Shown here: in pieces, positions 1-10,850 of the stretch
Numbering within the stretch: the stretch's first letter is position 1
Layout of the letters: every line of letters begins with the position of its first letter
From: a virus
IMG/VR virus record: IMGVR_UViG_3300021964_000014
DNA: 64,000 nt
Direction: 5' to 3' (one strand)
Notes under the pieces: generated by a model
The model's input: only the letters and a program-made list of their open reading frames with translations
Database searches by the model: none
Told to the model about the DNA's origin: nothing
Position numbers and translations under genes: made by a program

Positions 1-782
1 TCAGTTTTCTTAATAAGGTTAATTCCTTTTAATACTTCCTGTAGTTTTATTTTTATTACTTCGTCTTTGATTTTATTTGCTAGTTCATTGACTTCTTTTC
101 TAATCTTTTCTACTTCTTCATTAACTAAGTTTCTTAGTCTAGTAGTAGAGTTAACTGAAGTAATAAATTCTTTTAAAATATTCTTTTGTTCTGGTAATAA
201 AGATTTATAATTAGAGTTAAATTTCTCTAATAAAATCTTATACGTCAATAAACGTAAATCTTTATCATATTTAGAATACTCTTCTATTAATGTATCTTTA
301 ACTGCTTCTTTATCTATTTCACTAGATGTTAAATGCTCTAATACAGTTAGTTTATTGTTAACCAAAAATTCTGGGTTAACTAATGTTGGGTTATTTTGAG
401 CTTCTAACAAACAGTATAAAGCTGCAAGAGGTTTATAGTCTCTTACTTGAATAGCAAAAAAGTCTTCTATGTTATAGTTTTCTTTTAAATCTGCTATTAA
501 TTTATATTTAGACTCTTTTAAAGTCTTCTGGTTAAATTTTCTTGAAATTTCGGTTATTGTAGATACAACTGTTTCTGCTTTTGCTTCACTTAAACTATTA
601 TTCTTTAGAATATAATCGTATAATTTTAGTTCTTTAGCTAGAACAGTATTACCGCCGAAGTATTTCTTTAATATACCAACAGCAGCCGATTCATTTTTGG
701 AAAGCGTATCAGCAGCTATTTGTTTAACTAACAGTTCGAAAATTAAACCGGTATTTTTAAACTTTGAATGTTTTATCTTCAT
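1..782 (-). CDS. Conserved hypothetical protein downstream of portal (3' end runs off window)
   Basis: ATG at 782 (MKIKHSKFKNTGLIFELLVKQIAADTL...), frame open to the window edge, TATTTATA motif at 800-807 upstream; missing from the ORF track because truncated. Confidence 0.85.
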   Translation of the reverse strand, partial: MKIKHSKFKNTGLIFELLVKQIAADTLSKNESAAVGILKKYFGGNTVLAKELKLYDYILKNNSLSEAKAETVVSTITEISRKFNQKTLKESKYKLIADLKENYNIEDFFAIQVRDYKPLAALYCLLEAQNNPTLVNPEFLVNNKLTVLEHLTSSEIDKEAVKDTLIEEYSKYDKDLRLLTYKILLEKFNSNYKSLLPEQKNILKEFITSVNSTTRLRNLVNEEVEKIRKEVNELANKIKDEVIKIKLQEVLKGINLIKKT

Positions 783-799
783 AATATACGGTTACTATA

Positions 800-807
800 T
801 ATAAATA
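800..807 (-). promoter_or_regulatory. Putative late promoter TATTTATA
   Basis: Intergenic, 17 nt before ATG 782. Confidence 0.6.
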
Positions 808-811
808 TGGG

Positions 812-2701
812 TTAGTCCTCTAAATCTCTTAATTGAGTTTCATCTAAGAGGTTAGACTTGGTTTCTTCTGTCTTTTCAAAGATTAATTTCTTTTTATCTT
901 CGAATGAATCTTTAATTTGATGATATATAGTTTGTGCTTTAGTAGTATTAGTTTCCATCATATTTTCATTGTCTGATGGAAATCCTCCGTGCATACCGTG
1001 AACTCCTAATCTATCTCTTCCACCCATAGGATCGTCGTTAGTACCGTATACTGACATTTTTTCTTTAGGTCTACCGCCTTCAGGTCCTACTTCATTATAT
1101 CCGTCTGGTACAGATCCCATTGCTCCGCCTTTCTCTGTAGCGGTAGCTCTTCTACCGTACATTGAGGCTAAGTCATGAGGAGTACCATATGATCTACCTG
1201 ATTTTGCAGGATCATTACCTTCAGCTTCTATTTGAGCATGTCTAAAGGCTCTCTTACCATCTTCTCTAACTAAATCTCTCATCTCATTATAAGTATCTTC
1301 TGACATATCAAATATATTTTCATAAATGTAGTCTGAAGAGAATAACTTAGAGTCTTTCATTTGATTAGCTAGATCAATTTTTTCTTTTAATAGAGCTACC
1401 TTCTCTTGTTCGTATATTACAGAAGGATTAGTAAGCTTTAATTCGAAGTTGGTTAAACTTTCTCCGGTAAAACCTTGAGTATATAAATGAACCAAAGCTA
1501 TTTTAGTTAACTCTGATTCAATAATTTTTTGTATTCTTTCAACAGTTCTAGCGAACCTAATATCTTCTGCTGCTAGTGTTGCTTTACCCTGTAAGTCTCC
1601 TTCATATCCAAAATATGCTTTCGGTATTTTAAGAGCTGCAAACATTTTAGCTTGTAGATATTGAATATCATTTGTTCCGTCATAATCTAAACCTTTAGTA
1701 GTTTCGATTCTAGTTGACTGATCTCCTCCACGTACAGGTATGTAGAAGTCTTCCATCATATTCTGCATGTTAAACTTCAAGTTATATTGACCTGTGTTAG
1801 GATCAACATAAGGAGTCTTTTTCATAGTGTTGATAGTCTTTTGCATAAACTGATCAACTTCTGCAGGAGGAATAGAACCAACATTAACAAAGAAAGTTCT
1901 CTTTTCAGGAGCTCTCATTATACGATGTATTAACATCGCATCTTCCATTAACGTTAATTGCTTATATATTTTTCTAGCTGGTTCAATGTATGATCTACCG
2001 TAAGGTAAGTAAGCATGATCTGATATTAACCTAAAGTGAGCTACTTCGTAGTTATCTAAAGTGATAACTTTATTATCTCTTCTAGGAATATAATTAGGAT
2101 CTTGAGAAGCGGCAATGCCGTCGGGATCTATAGTAAATTGAACTTCAGAAGGTTTTTCAGGATTAGCACCTTCATGTCTTGCTATATTATATACTGTATA
2201 AGGAAGGACGTTATAAACTCCAAACTTTTCTGCTATTTCTAACTTTAAGAAGTAATCTCCGTACTTTAACATTCCTCTAGTCCAGGACCATAAGTTAAAC
2301 TCTACGTTTAGAACATCATAAAATAGATTATAAAGTACTCTTTGTAGGTTTTCATCTGATGATTTAACAGATAGTACTTCTCCAAGATCGTTTTTTAAAG
2401 TAGCTTCATCAGCTAAAATATCTAAGGCAGAAGCAATAATTGGATCAGTGTCCATTGCTTCATAGTCTGAGTATAACTGTATTCTTAACGTTTGGTAGTT
2501 AAGGTTAGGACTAAATAAGTTTTTACTGTTAAATACGTGTAATCTTGAAAATCTGTCAATTAACGCGTTCGTTTTAAAGTCACCAGTAGTCTGTATACGG
2601 TTTACATCCGCCACCTTAAGTTCGGTACCGCCTACGTTTCTTATTATTACATCCGAAGAGAAGAGTCTTTGTAGTCTTCCAAATAATGATTTATCGGCCA
2701 T
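812..2701 (-). CDS. Portal protein, T4 gp20-like
   Basis: YGRSYIEPARKIYKQLTLMEDAMLIHRIMRAPEKRTF, MEDFYIPVRG, LAAEDIRFARTVERIQ motifs; adjacent to terminase. Confidence 0.95.
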   Translation of the reverse strand: MADKSLFGRLQRLFSSDVIIRNVGGTELKVADVNRIQTTGDFKTNALIDRFSRLHVFNSKNLFSPNLNYQTLRIQLYSDYEAMDTDPIIASALDILADEATLKNDLGEVLSVKSSDENLQRVLYNLFYDVLNVEFNLWSWTRGMLKYGDYFLKLEIAEKFGVYNVLPYTVYNIARHEGANPEKPSEVQFTIDPDGIAASQDPNYIPRRDNKVITLDNYEVAHFRLISDHAYLPYGRSYIEPARKIYKQLTLMEDAMLIHRIMRAPEKRTFFVNVGSIPPAEVDQFMQKTINTMKKTPYVDPNTGQYNLKFNMQNMMEDFYIPVRGGDQSTRIETTKGLDYDGTNDIQYLQAKMFAALKIPKAYFGYEGDLQGKATLAAEDIRFARTVERIQKIIESELTKIALVHLYTQGFTGESLTNFELKLTNPSVIYEQEKVALLKEKIDLANQMKDSKLFSSDYIYENIFDMSEDTYNEMRDLVREDGKRAFRHAQIEAEGNDPAKSGRSYGTPHDLASMYGRRATATEKGGAMGSVPDGYNEVGPEGGRPKEKMSVYGTNDDPMGGRDRLGVHGMHGGFPSDNENMMETNTTKAQTIYHQIKDSFEDKKKLIFEKTEETKSNLLDETQLRDLED

Positions 2702-2729
2702 TCAATGAATATTTAGATTCAGTATATAT

Positions 2730-2737
2730 TATAAATA
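2730..2737 (-). promoter_or_regulatory. Putative late promoter TATTTATA (portal)
   Basis: Intergenic, upstream of ATG 2701. Confidence 0.65.
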
Positions 2738-2743
2738 GCTACG

Positions 2744-4318
2744 TTACAATAACCAAGATATATCTTCTTGCTGTCCATAGCCATTATCTATAAGATAAGG
2801 ATTATTTTGCTGATTTCCAACTGATTTAATGACAGCTTTGTTTTTAGCGTTTAGATTCTGAAAAGAAGATAATTGAGCTCTAGCTAAATCCATACCTTGT
2901 TGTCTTAATCTCAATGCAGTATCTCTAACGTATAATGCAGTTGCTGCTGCTATTAGTAAATCATCGTTATAGTTAGTCTGTGCTTGAGGTTTACCGTTTT
3001 TCCATACAAATACACGCATCTCTCCTAATAGCCTCTTAGATTGTATAGTAACTCCTCTTTCTCTAATGTACTCTATCATTTTAGCTACTACCAAAGGTCT
3101 AGTTCTAACTGACATGGTAAAGCCAGGTACTAGTTTATCTCTTTCATATTTAGACATATAGGATTCTACAGTTTCCATTTGAGAGGTAGAACTGTAGTAT
3201 AAGTTACTGTATTGACGTTCTAATATCTGTTCTATAGTAGCCCATCCTATATTTGCATTTTCTACTACTAATAACGCATCGTTATACTCTGATGCAATTC
3301 CTACTAATACATTACCGAAGTCTTTAGGAGATAATTTACCTTTATATTCACCAACCTGTGTACAAGTTTCTATATCAAATATATGAAATGCAGAATAATC
3401 GGCAGAATCACCTCTAGCGACGTCAGCTACTACCATATAAGATTTAGTAAAATCTACTCCTTCCCATATCCATAAGTTACCATCTACACCTCTTTTTTCC
3501 AATGGTTCTTTTAAGTATGTTTGCTCGTAGAACATCATATCATCTGGTTCAAATACTGTATCACCAGAAGCTAAGAAATCACAATCACACTCTTGTCCGG
3601 CCATTCTAGGTCCTAGATCTGAGTCTTGTTGATCTCTCCATTCTTGATCTCTTTCAGGATGTACCGTCCAAGGTAATCTTATAGGTAAGAATGAATTCTC
3701 ACCACTTTCAGCTTTTTCCCAAGTTTGATGGAACCAGTTACCAATACCATTAGGTGTTGATAGAGCCATACATTGACCACCGGTTGCTAGTGTTTGTTGT
3801 GCTGCAGTAAACGTTTCGTCAATGTTATCAACAAAGGCTGCCTCATCGATAAGTAGTAATGATACTGCTTCGGATCTTGCTGCATCAGTATTAGAAGATT
3901 TCGCTGTAATTTTAGATCCATTTTTTAATCTTAAAGATAATTTATTCTTTTCTACTGCTTGTAACCTTAACCATTTAGGTAACTGATCGTACATAAACAT
4001 TGTCTTAGAAACTAAGTTACGAGCAGTTGCTTGTGTTGTAGCTAATGCTAGTACGTTTTTATCTTTATGAAATAACATTAACCATAAAGAATAAGCAGCA
4101 GATAAAGTTGAGATACCTAACTGTCTTGACTTTAAAGTAATTATGTATTGATTGTCTCTAAATAAATGTAGTACTTTAGACTGGAAAGGATAGAGATTAA
4201 ATAATATTCTACCTCTAGTAGGGTGTTGAATATAACAGTACTTCTTCATAAAGTACGCCGGATCTTTGGCGCACTTGATATACTCTTGTGCGATTATTTT
4301 TTTTATGTCTTGACTCAT
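2744..4318 (-). CDS. Terminase large subunit, T4 gp17-like
   Basis: Walker A LKSRQLGIST, Walker B LLLIDEAAF, LSTPNG coupling motif, RNase H-like ADVARGDSADYS and NDDL. Confidence 0.96.
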   Translation of the reverse strand: MSQDIKKIIAQEYIKCAKDPAYFMKKYCYIQHPTRGRILFNLYPFQSKVLHLFRDNQYIITLKSRQLGISTLSAAYSLWLMLFHKDKNVLALATTQATARNLVSKTMFMYDQLPKWLRLQAVEKNKLSLRLKNGSKITAKSSNTDAARSEAVSLLLIDEAAFVDNIDETFTAAQQTLATGGQCMALSTPNGIGNWFHQTWEKAESGENSFLPIRLPWTVHPERDQEWRDQQDSDLGPRMAGQECDCDFLASGDTVFEPDDMMFYEQTYLKEPLEKRGVDGNLWIWEGVDFTKSYMVVADVARGDSADYSAFHIFDIETCTQVGEYKGKLSPKDFGNVLVGIASEYNDALLVVENANIGWATIEQILERQYSNLYYSSTSQMETVESYMSKYERDKLVPGFTMSVRTRPLVVAKMIEYIRERGVTIQSKRLLGEMRVFVWKNGKPQAQTNYNDDLLIAAATALYVRDTALRLRQQGMDLARAQLSSFQNLNAKNKAVIKSVGNQQNNPYLIDNGYGQQEDISWLL

Positions 4319-4322
4319 AACT

Positions 4323-5399
4323 TTAGAAGTTATAACTGAATCGTGGTAAGCCGTCTTTCATGTAGATAGAAATCTTAGTACCAACTGCATCTACTAATTT
4401 ATTTGCAGGTACTACAGCATAATTTCCAGACTTATCATCTAAGAAGAATATTTCTTCAAATTCTTCAGTTTCTGTATATAACTTTATCACTTTTTTAGAA
4501 AACGCTTGTTCTGCAGCATCTGCATCTATTTCGTTTCCTTTTTTATATTTCTTTAAACTAAAATCAGAAAAATCTATTCCTGGGTAGTTACTTCTTAATG
4601 CACCATCCATTGCATCTATCGATGCATCAATTTTATCACTTTCTTGTTCTGCTACAACTGCAAGGATTGTGTTTAATCTATGTAAAGGTCTTTTACCTTT
4701 AGTATCTACTTGAATAGGATTATCTAATTTTGAATTAACTGCTGATATAGCATCCTGTATAAATTTCTTATCAGTATTTTTACCAAATTGAGCTTTTTGG
4801 CCCATTGGTATAGCTCCTCTATTTTTTACTTCAATACCTTTCTTACCAACTCCAACATCACCAGAAGGAGTATCTCCATTAACATCTGCTGTTAAAGCAC
4901 ATAGAAAAACCTCTCCTTTACCTGTAGCTACATTACCTATTTGAGGTTTGATATCGAATAAAAAATTAATCGTTTCATCTGAGAATAATTTTTTAAATTT
5001 TTCTTTTAAGTTACCAGAGGAACCTAAATCAGCATAAGTTATAGCACCGTCGGTAATATACTTATGATATGTTTGAATATCTCCATTTTCTACCATTCTG
5101 TTATAAATGGTTTTAGAAATAGAAGCTACTGATTTGCCTTGTTTATCTAAGAACGATAGTACATCATCCTTATAGGCTACACCAGATATACCGTTGAGTA
5201 TAGATTTTAATTGTTCCGGAGAAAACTCTCCTTTTTGTATGGCATCAATAACTTCTGCTTTAGATATTTGTCCATCTGCATTAGTTAATTCAGCAATTAA
5301 TTTATCTAATATTGCTTTATCTTCAGCATTATCCATAGATGGAGTACCTGTTTTAGATCTCCATGCCCATTCTGTATATAATCTATCTGTTACGTTCAT
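4323..5399 (-). CDS. Putative PD-(D/E)XK (restriction-endonuclease fold) protein with N-terminal EWAWR leader
   Basis: GKGE...GDVGVGKKGIEVK resembles the E...(P)D...ExK catalytic pattern. Confidence 0.5.
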   Translation of the reverse strand: MNVTDRLYTEWAWRSKTGTPSMDNAEDKAILDKLIAELTNADGQISKAEVIDAIQKGEFSPEQLKSILNGISGVAYKDDVLSFLDKQGKSVASISKTIYNRMVENGDIQTYHKYITDGAITYADLGSSGNLKEKFKKLFSDETINFLFDIKPQIGNVATGKGEVFLCALTADVNGDTPSGDVGVGKKGIEVKNRGAIPMGQKAQFGKNTDKKFIQDAISAVNSKLDNPIQVDTKGKRPLHRLNTILAVVAEQESDKIDASIDAMDGALRSNYPGIDFSDFSLKKYKKGNEIDADAAEQAFSKKVIKLYTETEEFEEIFFLDDKSGNYAVVPANKLVDAVGTKISIYMKDGLPRFSYNF

Positions 5400-7522
5400 T
5401 ATGCTTCTGGTTCTTCTGCTGGTTCTTCAAAATCAACTGGTTCTCCTGTTAAGTCAGCTCCACCTTCTTCACCGCCTTCTTCTCCTCCAAGGTCGTCAAC
5501 TCCTAGATCGTCTCCACCACCTCCGGCAGCATCATCTCCAGGAAAATCACCTCCACCGCCTCCAGAAGAGCCTCCTGAATCTACATCAGCAGCTTCTCCT
5601 TCTCCGGCTCCGGTCATTGGACCTTCTTTGTATAATACAGCTAATTTATCTAACGCTTGTTGATAATCGTTTATTTTGTCGATATAAAATCTTTTACCCA
5701 TTATTTGAGCTTGGAATCCAGTACCGGTCCATTTTAAGATATAATCTTGACCGTTCTTTAAGTTGATTCTAAATTCAGTAGGTCTTGGAGAAATCCAATC
5801 TACACTATCAACAAATTCTTTAAAGTCTTCTGTTTGTAGTTTTATAATAGCTGCTTGTAGTGTAGGAAATTTAGCTAGTATTTGATCTGTAGCATCTTCC
5901 AGTACTGTATCTTTAGGAGCTTCTTCATCACCTTCTTCTTCAGGTTCTGGCTCTTCTTCTTCTTTAATATCGTCTAATAGACTTTCTGCTAAACTAAGTT
6001 TACCTTCTTTATAGTAGTCTGGATCTTCATAGTAATCGTCTTCTTCTCTTCTACGTTGTTCGTAGTCGGTATAATCATCATATCTATCTTCATCACTTTG
6101 AGCGTAATTTAATAAGTCGTTTAACGCAGCACTATTATGTAATCTAGGATTTATAATTCTAAGTGTATTAGGATGAGTATCACCTCTTCCTGTGAAGAGT
6201 TCGTAATCTATACCTTCTTCATATTTCTTTTTTAAATAATCTACAACAGCTTGTATTGCGTCTAAATCATATCCAAAATGAACTTCATCATTTGAATTTT
6301 CATTTATATCGTATCTTTGCAGTGCGCTCATTATACGATCAATTTTCTTATCTATATCATTAAGTATAGCTCCATAATCATCTGCAATTGGACCTCCTTC
6401 AGGTTCAGCTTCTTGCTCCATATTTCTTAAAACATCAGCTCTTTCGTCTTCTAAGTCTTGAAGTTTTAATCTCAAGTCCATAGCTTTCTCTAAACTGATA
6501 CCACGGGATTTAGGTGCTTTATCTTTAGGTTGTTGTGCTTTCATTCTAGCAGCTCTCACTTTGATAGCAACTGGATCGTTAATATCCATTCTTTCATTAA
6601 TCTTAGAAAAAGCTGATTCGATGCCTTCCATCATTCTTTGCATCTTAAGCAGATTATATTGCTCAGGTCTTTCTGTTCTTAGGTAGCTTTGTAATTTTCT
6701 AAAATTAGTTTTAGTTAATTCGAAAAACTCTCTAGCTGCTTGATCAGTTCTTATATCATCAGATCCCATTAGTTTTTTAATGTCACTTATAATATCTGAA
6801 AAGTTTTTATATAGAGATCCAAATGAAGGTAATTTAATTACCTTATGTCCTATAGAGCCTGTTTCTTTATTTTTTTCATATGTTTTAAAGTAAGTATCCA
6901 TATTAGAACTAAAGAAATCATGCTTACCGCCAAACATCGGTTCACCATATCTTTTAACAATACCAGCTCTTTGTTTATCTGTTAAGTCTTCCCACTGAGT
7001 AACTCTACTTCCAGCTTTCTTTTCCATGTCAGCTTTTGGCATTTCATCTATAGTACCAGAAGTATTTCCTCTATCTTTATAAAAGTCATGCTGTGCTTGT
7101 GCTTCTCGGCCTAAACCGCCCATCACATGATCAACTATGTCTTTTAAACCTTCAGCTGAAATAGCTACTGGTGTGTAGTTACCATCTGTCATATAAGAAT
7201 CGATTCCAACAACACCTGATTGTCCTGCTTTTCTCATTCCTGCTTTGATAGCATCTTTTTGATCAATTCTATAACCACTCATTCTACTGATTGTAAACTT
7301 ATCAGTGTCTTTATTATACTGGAATATTACTGCTTGAGGAGCTCTACCTTCACCTTTACTTACCATATAACCTTCTACTCCTTCTTTAGGCGGGTAACCA
7401 TCTGGTCTACGTTCTGTTAGGTCGTACCCTTTTGACTTAAAGTAATCAAATAATCGGCCACCATCCATTTCGTTAAGTAGCTGTCCGTAGGACTCTAATA
7501 TGAGTTTTTCTAATTTATGCAT
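5399..7522 (-). CDS. Multi-module acidic protein, putative head-packaged polyprotein
   Basis: N-terminal MHKLEKLILE tag; segments separated by LNE, IDE, INE, IKE; acidic Gly-rich tail. Confidence 0.55.
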   Translation of the reverse strand: MHKLEKLILESYGQLLNEMDGGRLFDYFKSKGYDLTERRPDGYPPKEGVEGYMVSKGEGRAPQAVIFQYNKDTDKFTISRMSGYRIDQKDAIKAGMRKAGQSGVVGIDSYMTDGNYTPVAISAEGLKDIVDHVMGGLGREAQAQHDFYKDRGNTSGTIDEMPKADMEKKAGSRVTQWEDLTDKQRAGIVKRYGEPMFGGKHDFFSSNMDTYFKTYEKNKETGSIGHKVIKLPSFGSLYKNFSDIISDIKKLMGSDDIRTDQAAREFFELTKTNFRKLQSYLRTERPEQYNLLKMQRMMEGIESAFSKINERMDINDPVAIKVRAARMKAQQPKDKAPKSRGISLEKAMDLRLKLQDLEDERADVLRNMEQEAEPEGGPIADDYGAILNDIDKKIDRIMSALQRYDINENSNDEVHFGYDLDAIQAVVDYLKKKYEEGIDYELFTGRGDTHPNTLRIINPRLHNSAALNDLLNYAQSDEDRYDDYTDYEQRRREEDDYYEDPDYYKEGKLSLAESLLDDIKEEEEPEPEEEGDEEAPKDTVLEDATDQILAKFPTLQAAIIKLQTEDFKEFVDSVDWISPRPTEFRINLKNGQDYILKWTGTGFQAQIMGKRFYIDKINDYQQALDKLAVLYKEGPMTGAGEGEAADVDSGGSSGGGGGDFPGDDAAGGGGDDLGVDDLGGEEGGEEGGADLTGEPVDFEEPAEEPEA

Positions 7523-7523
7523 A

Positions 7524-10181
7524 TTATTTGTTTTTCTTTTTGTAGTCTTTATGCCAGTGTTCTTTTTGAGTAACTATTTTAAGTTCTTCAACAGGAATAT
7601 CTTCTACTACTTTTTTACCTTCTTTAAATAATACGTCATAATGAGTAACAACATATTTATTTCCTTCTTTTATCAAAGTATGTTTCTCTGGAATGCAAAT
7701 ACCTTCTCCGTATGTTTCATGTACTACTTTCGCTGCACAATCGTGTTTATATCCAGGAGCTGATTCTTTGGATAGTTTATCTAAATACTTAGCTTGATCG
7801 CCATGTCCTTTAACAGACTTCTTTAATTGCTTTACAATCTTTTTAACGTCTTTCTTTTCTTTCTTATTTAATTCAGCTTCATTCTTTTCAGCTTTAGTAG
7901 CGTAAATAGCTTTTCTTTGAGCGTCAGATTTATACTTACCTTCATCCATATCATCTTCTTCTTCATCGTAATATTCTTGAATCTCTTCGATGATAGATTC
8001 TAATGTAGTGTCGTATCTATTAGAACTTGAACCGAAATCAAAGGCACCGTAAGCATCTCCTTTAGATAGCATTCTTGGAAACTTCTCTCTAACAATTTCT
8101 CTAGCTTCATCTCCTTTTTGAGCCAACTCATCTAAAATAGCTTGTAGATCATAGATAGCATTTTTTTGATCTGATGAAAGTTCTGTTAGTTCTTGTCCTT
8201 TATGAGTACCTGCTACTGCTTGATCTAAATGTTTTTCTAATTCTTTCTTTTTAGCAGTTAAATCTTTTAATTGATCTACTACTGATTTATCACCGGCTTT
8301 ATATTGCTTTGCTAATTCTTTCATCTTATTAACAACTTGACCGTATGCTTTTTGAATTTTAGCTGCTTTTATTTCATCCATATTTTTACGTCTTGGATAT
8401 TGAGTTGACATATCTCTTAAGTCACCAACAACTGATTGCATTGCTTTAGCTAATGTTTCAAACTGATCAGCAGTAACTTGAATATAATCTCCTCCAAATT
8501 CAGTTTGTGATGGTACTGTAATTTGTACCATTACTCCTTTTTTACCACCAGAGAATCTTTTTATTTGCATCCCTCCTTTATCGTATAATTCAGTACCTTC
8601 GTTAACTCCTTCTTCTAAAGCTAACTTATCAATAAGAGGCTGCTTTTCTTCTGAGTCTAAATAATGATATGCTGCAGACATATAATCTCTAGCTAAGATT
8701 AATTTCTTTTGCCACCAGTTAGGAAAATCTACTTCTCCGTCTACTTGATCATATTGAGCTAATTTCTTTGCTAATTTAGCAGCATAGGTAGCTGTTTCAA
8801 AAGCAGAAGACTTTAACATACTAGGCTCATCATCTTGATGTCCTACATCTAAATCTCCTCCTTGATCTTCTACTTCATTTTCTTTTAAGTACCCTAATTG
8901 TTTAGCATACTTATATCTCAATCTAGCATCATCACCAGGTCTTTTACCGAAAGTATAGTTAGGGTCTCTTCTAACTGAGATATCAATATCACTAGCAGCT
9001 TTAGAACCAAGTTTTTCTGTATCACTAAATCCTAGTGCATTTTCTTCAATTGATTCATCCATTTCGGCTGAATGATCTACTACTTCAATATCGTTAGCTT
9101 GTAGATCCATCACTACATCATTCATAAATCCACTTGGATCTTCGTCTGGTTCTTGATATAATTCTGGGTTTTCTTTTCCTTCTGGATCGTCATACATATC
9201 GTCGAATCCGTATTCATGTCTGAATATAAAGTATATAATTACGTTTCCTGCTCCGTCGTCGTCTACTACTTCTGTTTTTACGTAAGTTGGATCTACATTA
9301 TTATCTAAAATAGACATTGTCTTTTTGTAATCTCTTCTAGATACTTTTAAGTAATGGTGATCATCTCCTTCTCCTTCTTTAACTCCCACTTTATCTCTTT
9401 TAGCAAATACCTTTTCTTTGTCTTCATCAGATAGTTGACTAAAATCCTTACCCCCAAATTCTTTATGAGCAATTAAATCCAATCTATCTGTTTCTTCATG
9501 GCTCAACTCTCTACCTTTATAATTTACTTTTTCATTTAGAGATTTGAAGTGTTTTAATAGCTCATTTGCTAGTACATCAACGTTAACGATTGCCTCTCCT
9601 GAAGGTTTAACACCTACATTAACTAGCTCTTTGTCAAATGAAAAATCCACTAGGTGCAACGAATCGTCGCTAATATAAAAAGAAAATTCATCTTCTCCTC
9701 CTTCACCTTTGTATACTACTTGAATATCAAAACTATTGGTATCTATACGATGAGCTTTCATTCTAGCTAATTCATCACCAGCTTTTTTTAATGCTATAGC
9801 TAATGCCTTTCCTACTTGTGTAGCGATGGCTTTAGTCTCATTTTTATCGAATTCGACTCCTGAGGTTTTATCTAATTTATCCACTTCTTTTAGTTTTTGT
9901 CCTTTTGCAGAATCAATTCCAGTTATATTTGGATCTTTTTTAAGGTCCATAGCAGTTTTTCTATCCATTGCAACGGCTTTAGTATCGCCGCCTTTGGTAG
10001 AGATAAACATAGTTTCTTCTTTTTCTGCTAATTGCTTCTGTAGGGATTCTTTTATGGTAGTGAGTTGCTCTACTGTTTTAGTAGAGAAGTGTTTATCTAA
10101 TGCAGGTGACTTAGTAGAGTGAATGCTTTGCAAAGCGGATTCTACCTGCGTTAGACGGTTTTTGATTTCATCGTACGTCAT
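7524..10181 (-). CDS. Multi-module protein, putative head-packaged polyprotein
   Basis: About ten short segments joined by [LIVM]xE; C-terminal HDCAAKVVH...THYDVLF module; TATTTATA motif upstream. Confidence 0.55.
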   Translation of the reverse strand: MTYDEIKNRLTQVESALQSIHSTKSPALDKHFSTKTVEQLTTIKESLQKQLAEKEETMFISTKGGDTKAVAMDRKTAMDLKKDPNITGIDSAKGQKLKEVDKLDKTSGVEFDKNETKAIATQVGKALAIALKKAGDELARMKAHRIDTNSFDIQVVYKGEGGEDEFSFYISDDSLHLVDFSFDKELVNVGVKPSGEAIVNVDVLANELLKHFKSLNEKVNYKGRELSHEETDRLDLIAHKEFGGKDFSQLSDEDKEKVFAKRDKVGVKEGEGDDHHYLKVSRRDYKKTMSILDNNVDPTYVKTEVVDDDGAGNVIIYFIFRHEYGFDDMYDDPEGKENPELYQEPDEDPSGFMNDVVMDLQANDIEVVDHSAEMDESIEENALGFSDTEKLGSKAASDIDISVRRDPNYTFGKRPGDDARLRYKYAKQLGYLKENEVEDQGGDLDVGHQDDEPSMLKSSAFETATYAAKLAKKLAQYDQVDGEVDFPNWWQKKLILARDYMSAAYHYLDSEEKQPLIDKLALEEGVNEGTELYDKGGMQIKRFSGGKKGVMVQITVPSQTEFGGDYIQVTADQFETLAKAMQSVVGDLRDMSTQYPRRKNMDEIKAAKIQKAYGQVVNKMKELAKQYKAGDKSVVDQLKDLTAKKKELEKHLDQAVAGTHKGQELTELSSDQKNAIYDLQAILDELAQKGDEAREIVREKFPRMLSKGDAYGAFDFGSSSNRYDTTLESIIEEIQEYYDEEEDDMDEGKYKSDAQRKAIYATKAEKNEAELNKKEKKDVKKIVKQLKKSVKGHGDQAKYLDKLSKESAPGYKHDCAAKVVHETYGEGICIPEKHTLIKEGNKYVVTHYDVLFKEGKKVVEDIPVEELKIVTQKEHWHKDYKKKNK

Positions 10182-10206
10182 CGTAGTGTGTTTTATTGTA
10201 TAGCTA

Positions 10207-10214
10207 TATAAATA
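10207..10214 (-). promoter_or_regulatory. Putative late promoter TATTTATA
   Basis: Intergenic, upstream of ATG 10181. Confidence 0.65.
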
Positions 10215-10220
10215 AATAGA

Positions 10221-10850
10221 TTAACTCTCCCAAATAATGTTTTTAAACTTTTCAGGGGATAATCCAAAATAATCTGTTCTCCATTGAGTTTGATCAAAGA
10301 AATCTAAATTATACCATTGGTCTTTCTTTTTCCATAGCTTTTTAGCTATATCATCCCAATCTTGTTTAACAACGAATTCTTCAATTTCTTGTTTCTTTTC
10401 CATCACATGGCAGAAATTAAAAGAATCCCATTCATAGTGAAAAACTTCAAAAACTGCTTCTGGAGACACATAATCTATTGATATATCTATTCCCCATTTG
10501 GGTTTCATTTTAACTAATTTCCATAACATTGGATTATCTTCTTCAGCAATATGCTGTATTTGTTCTAATGCTGTGGAATAAAATCCTTTTCTTTCAAATA
10601 AGTCTGAATGGTTTATATGTGCTCCTTCTTTCTTATCCCAAGTAATCCAGTCGTATCTTAAACAATCTTCATGTCTTCTTTGGATAGGTTTAAAACCATT
10701 ATAAGTAAGAAAAGCCTGTTCGGCTTTTGTAAGGTGATAACCATTTTGATCAAATAAATCTACACAGTTGGGATCTTTTAGAGTTTCTATATCTTCAGTA
10801 GGGTCTAAAAAATAAGCATTTCGATGTAATTTATTATCTGTTATTTTCAT
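10221..10850 (-). CDS. Conserved hypothetical phage protein
   Basis: 209 aa, well-formed globular ORF (FDQNGYHLT, INHSDLFERKG, PKWGIDISIDY). Confidence 0.75.
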   Translation of the reverse strand: MKITDNKLHRNAYFLDPTEDIETLKDPNCVDLFDQNGYHLTKAEQAFLTYNGFKPIQRRHEDCLRYDWITWDKKEGAHINHSDLFERKGFYSTALEQIQHIAEEDNPMLWKLVKMKPKWGIDISIDYVSPEAVFEVFHYEWDSFNFCHVMEKKQEIEEFVVKQDWDDIAKKLWKKKDQWYNLDFFDQTQWRTDYFGLSPEKFKNIIWES

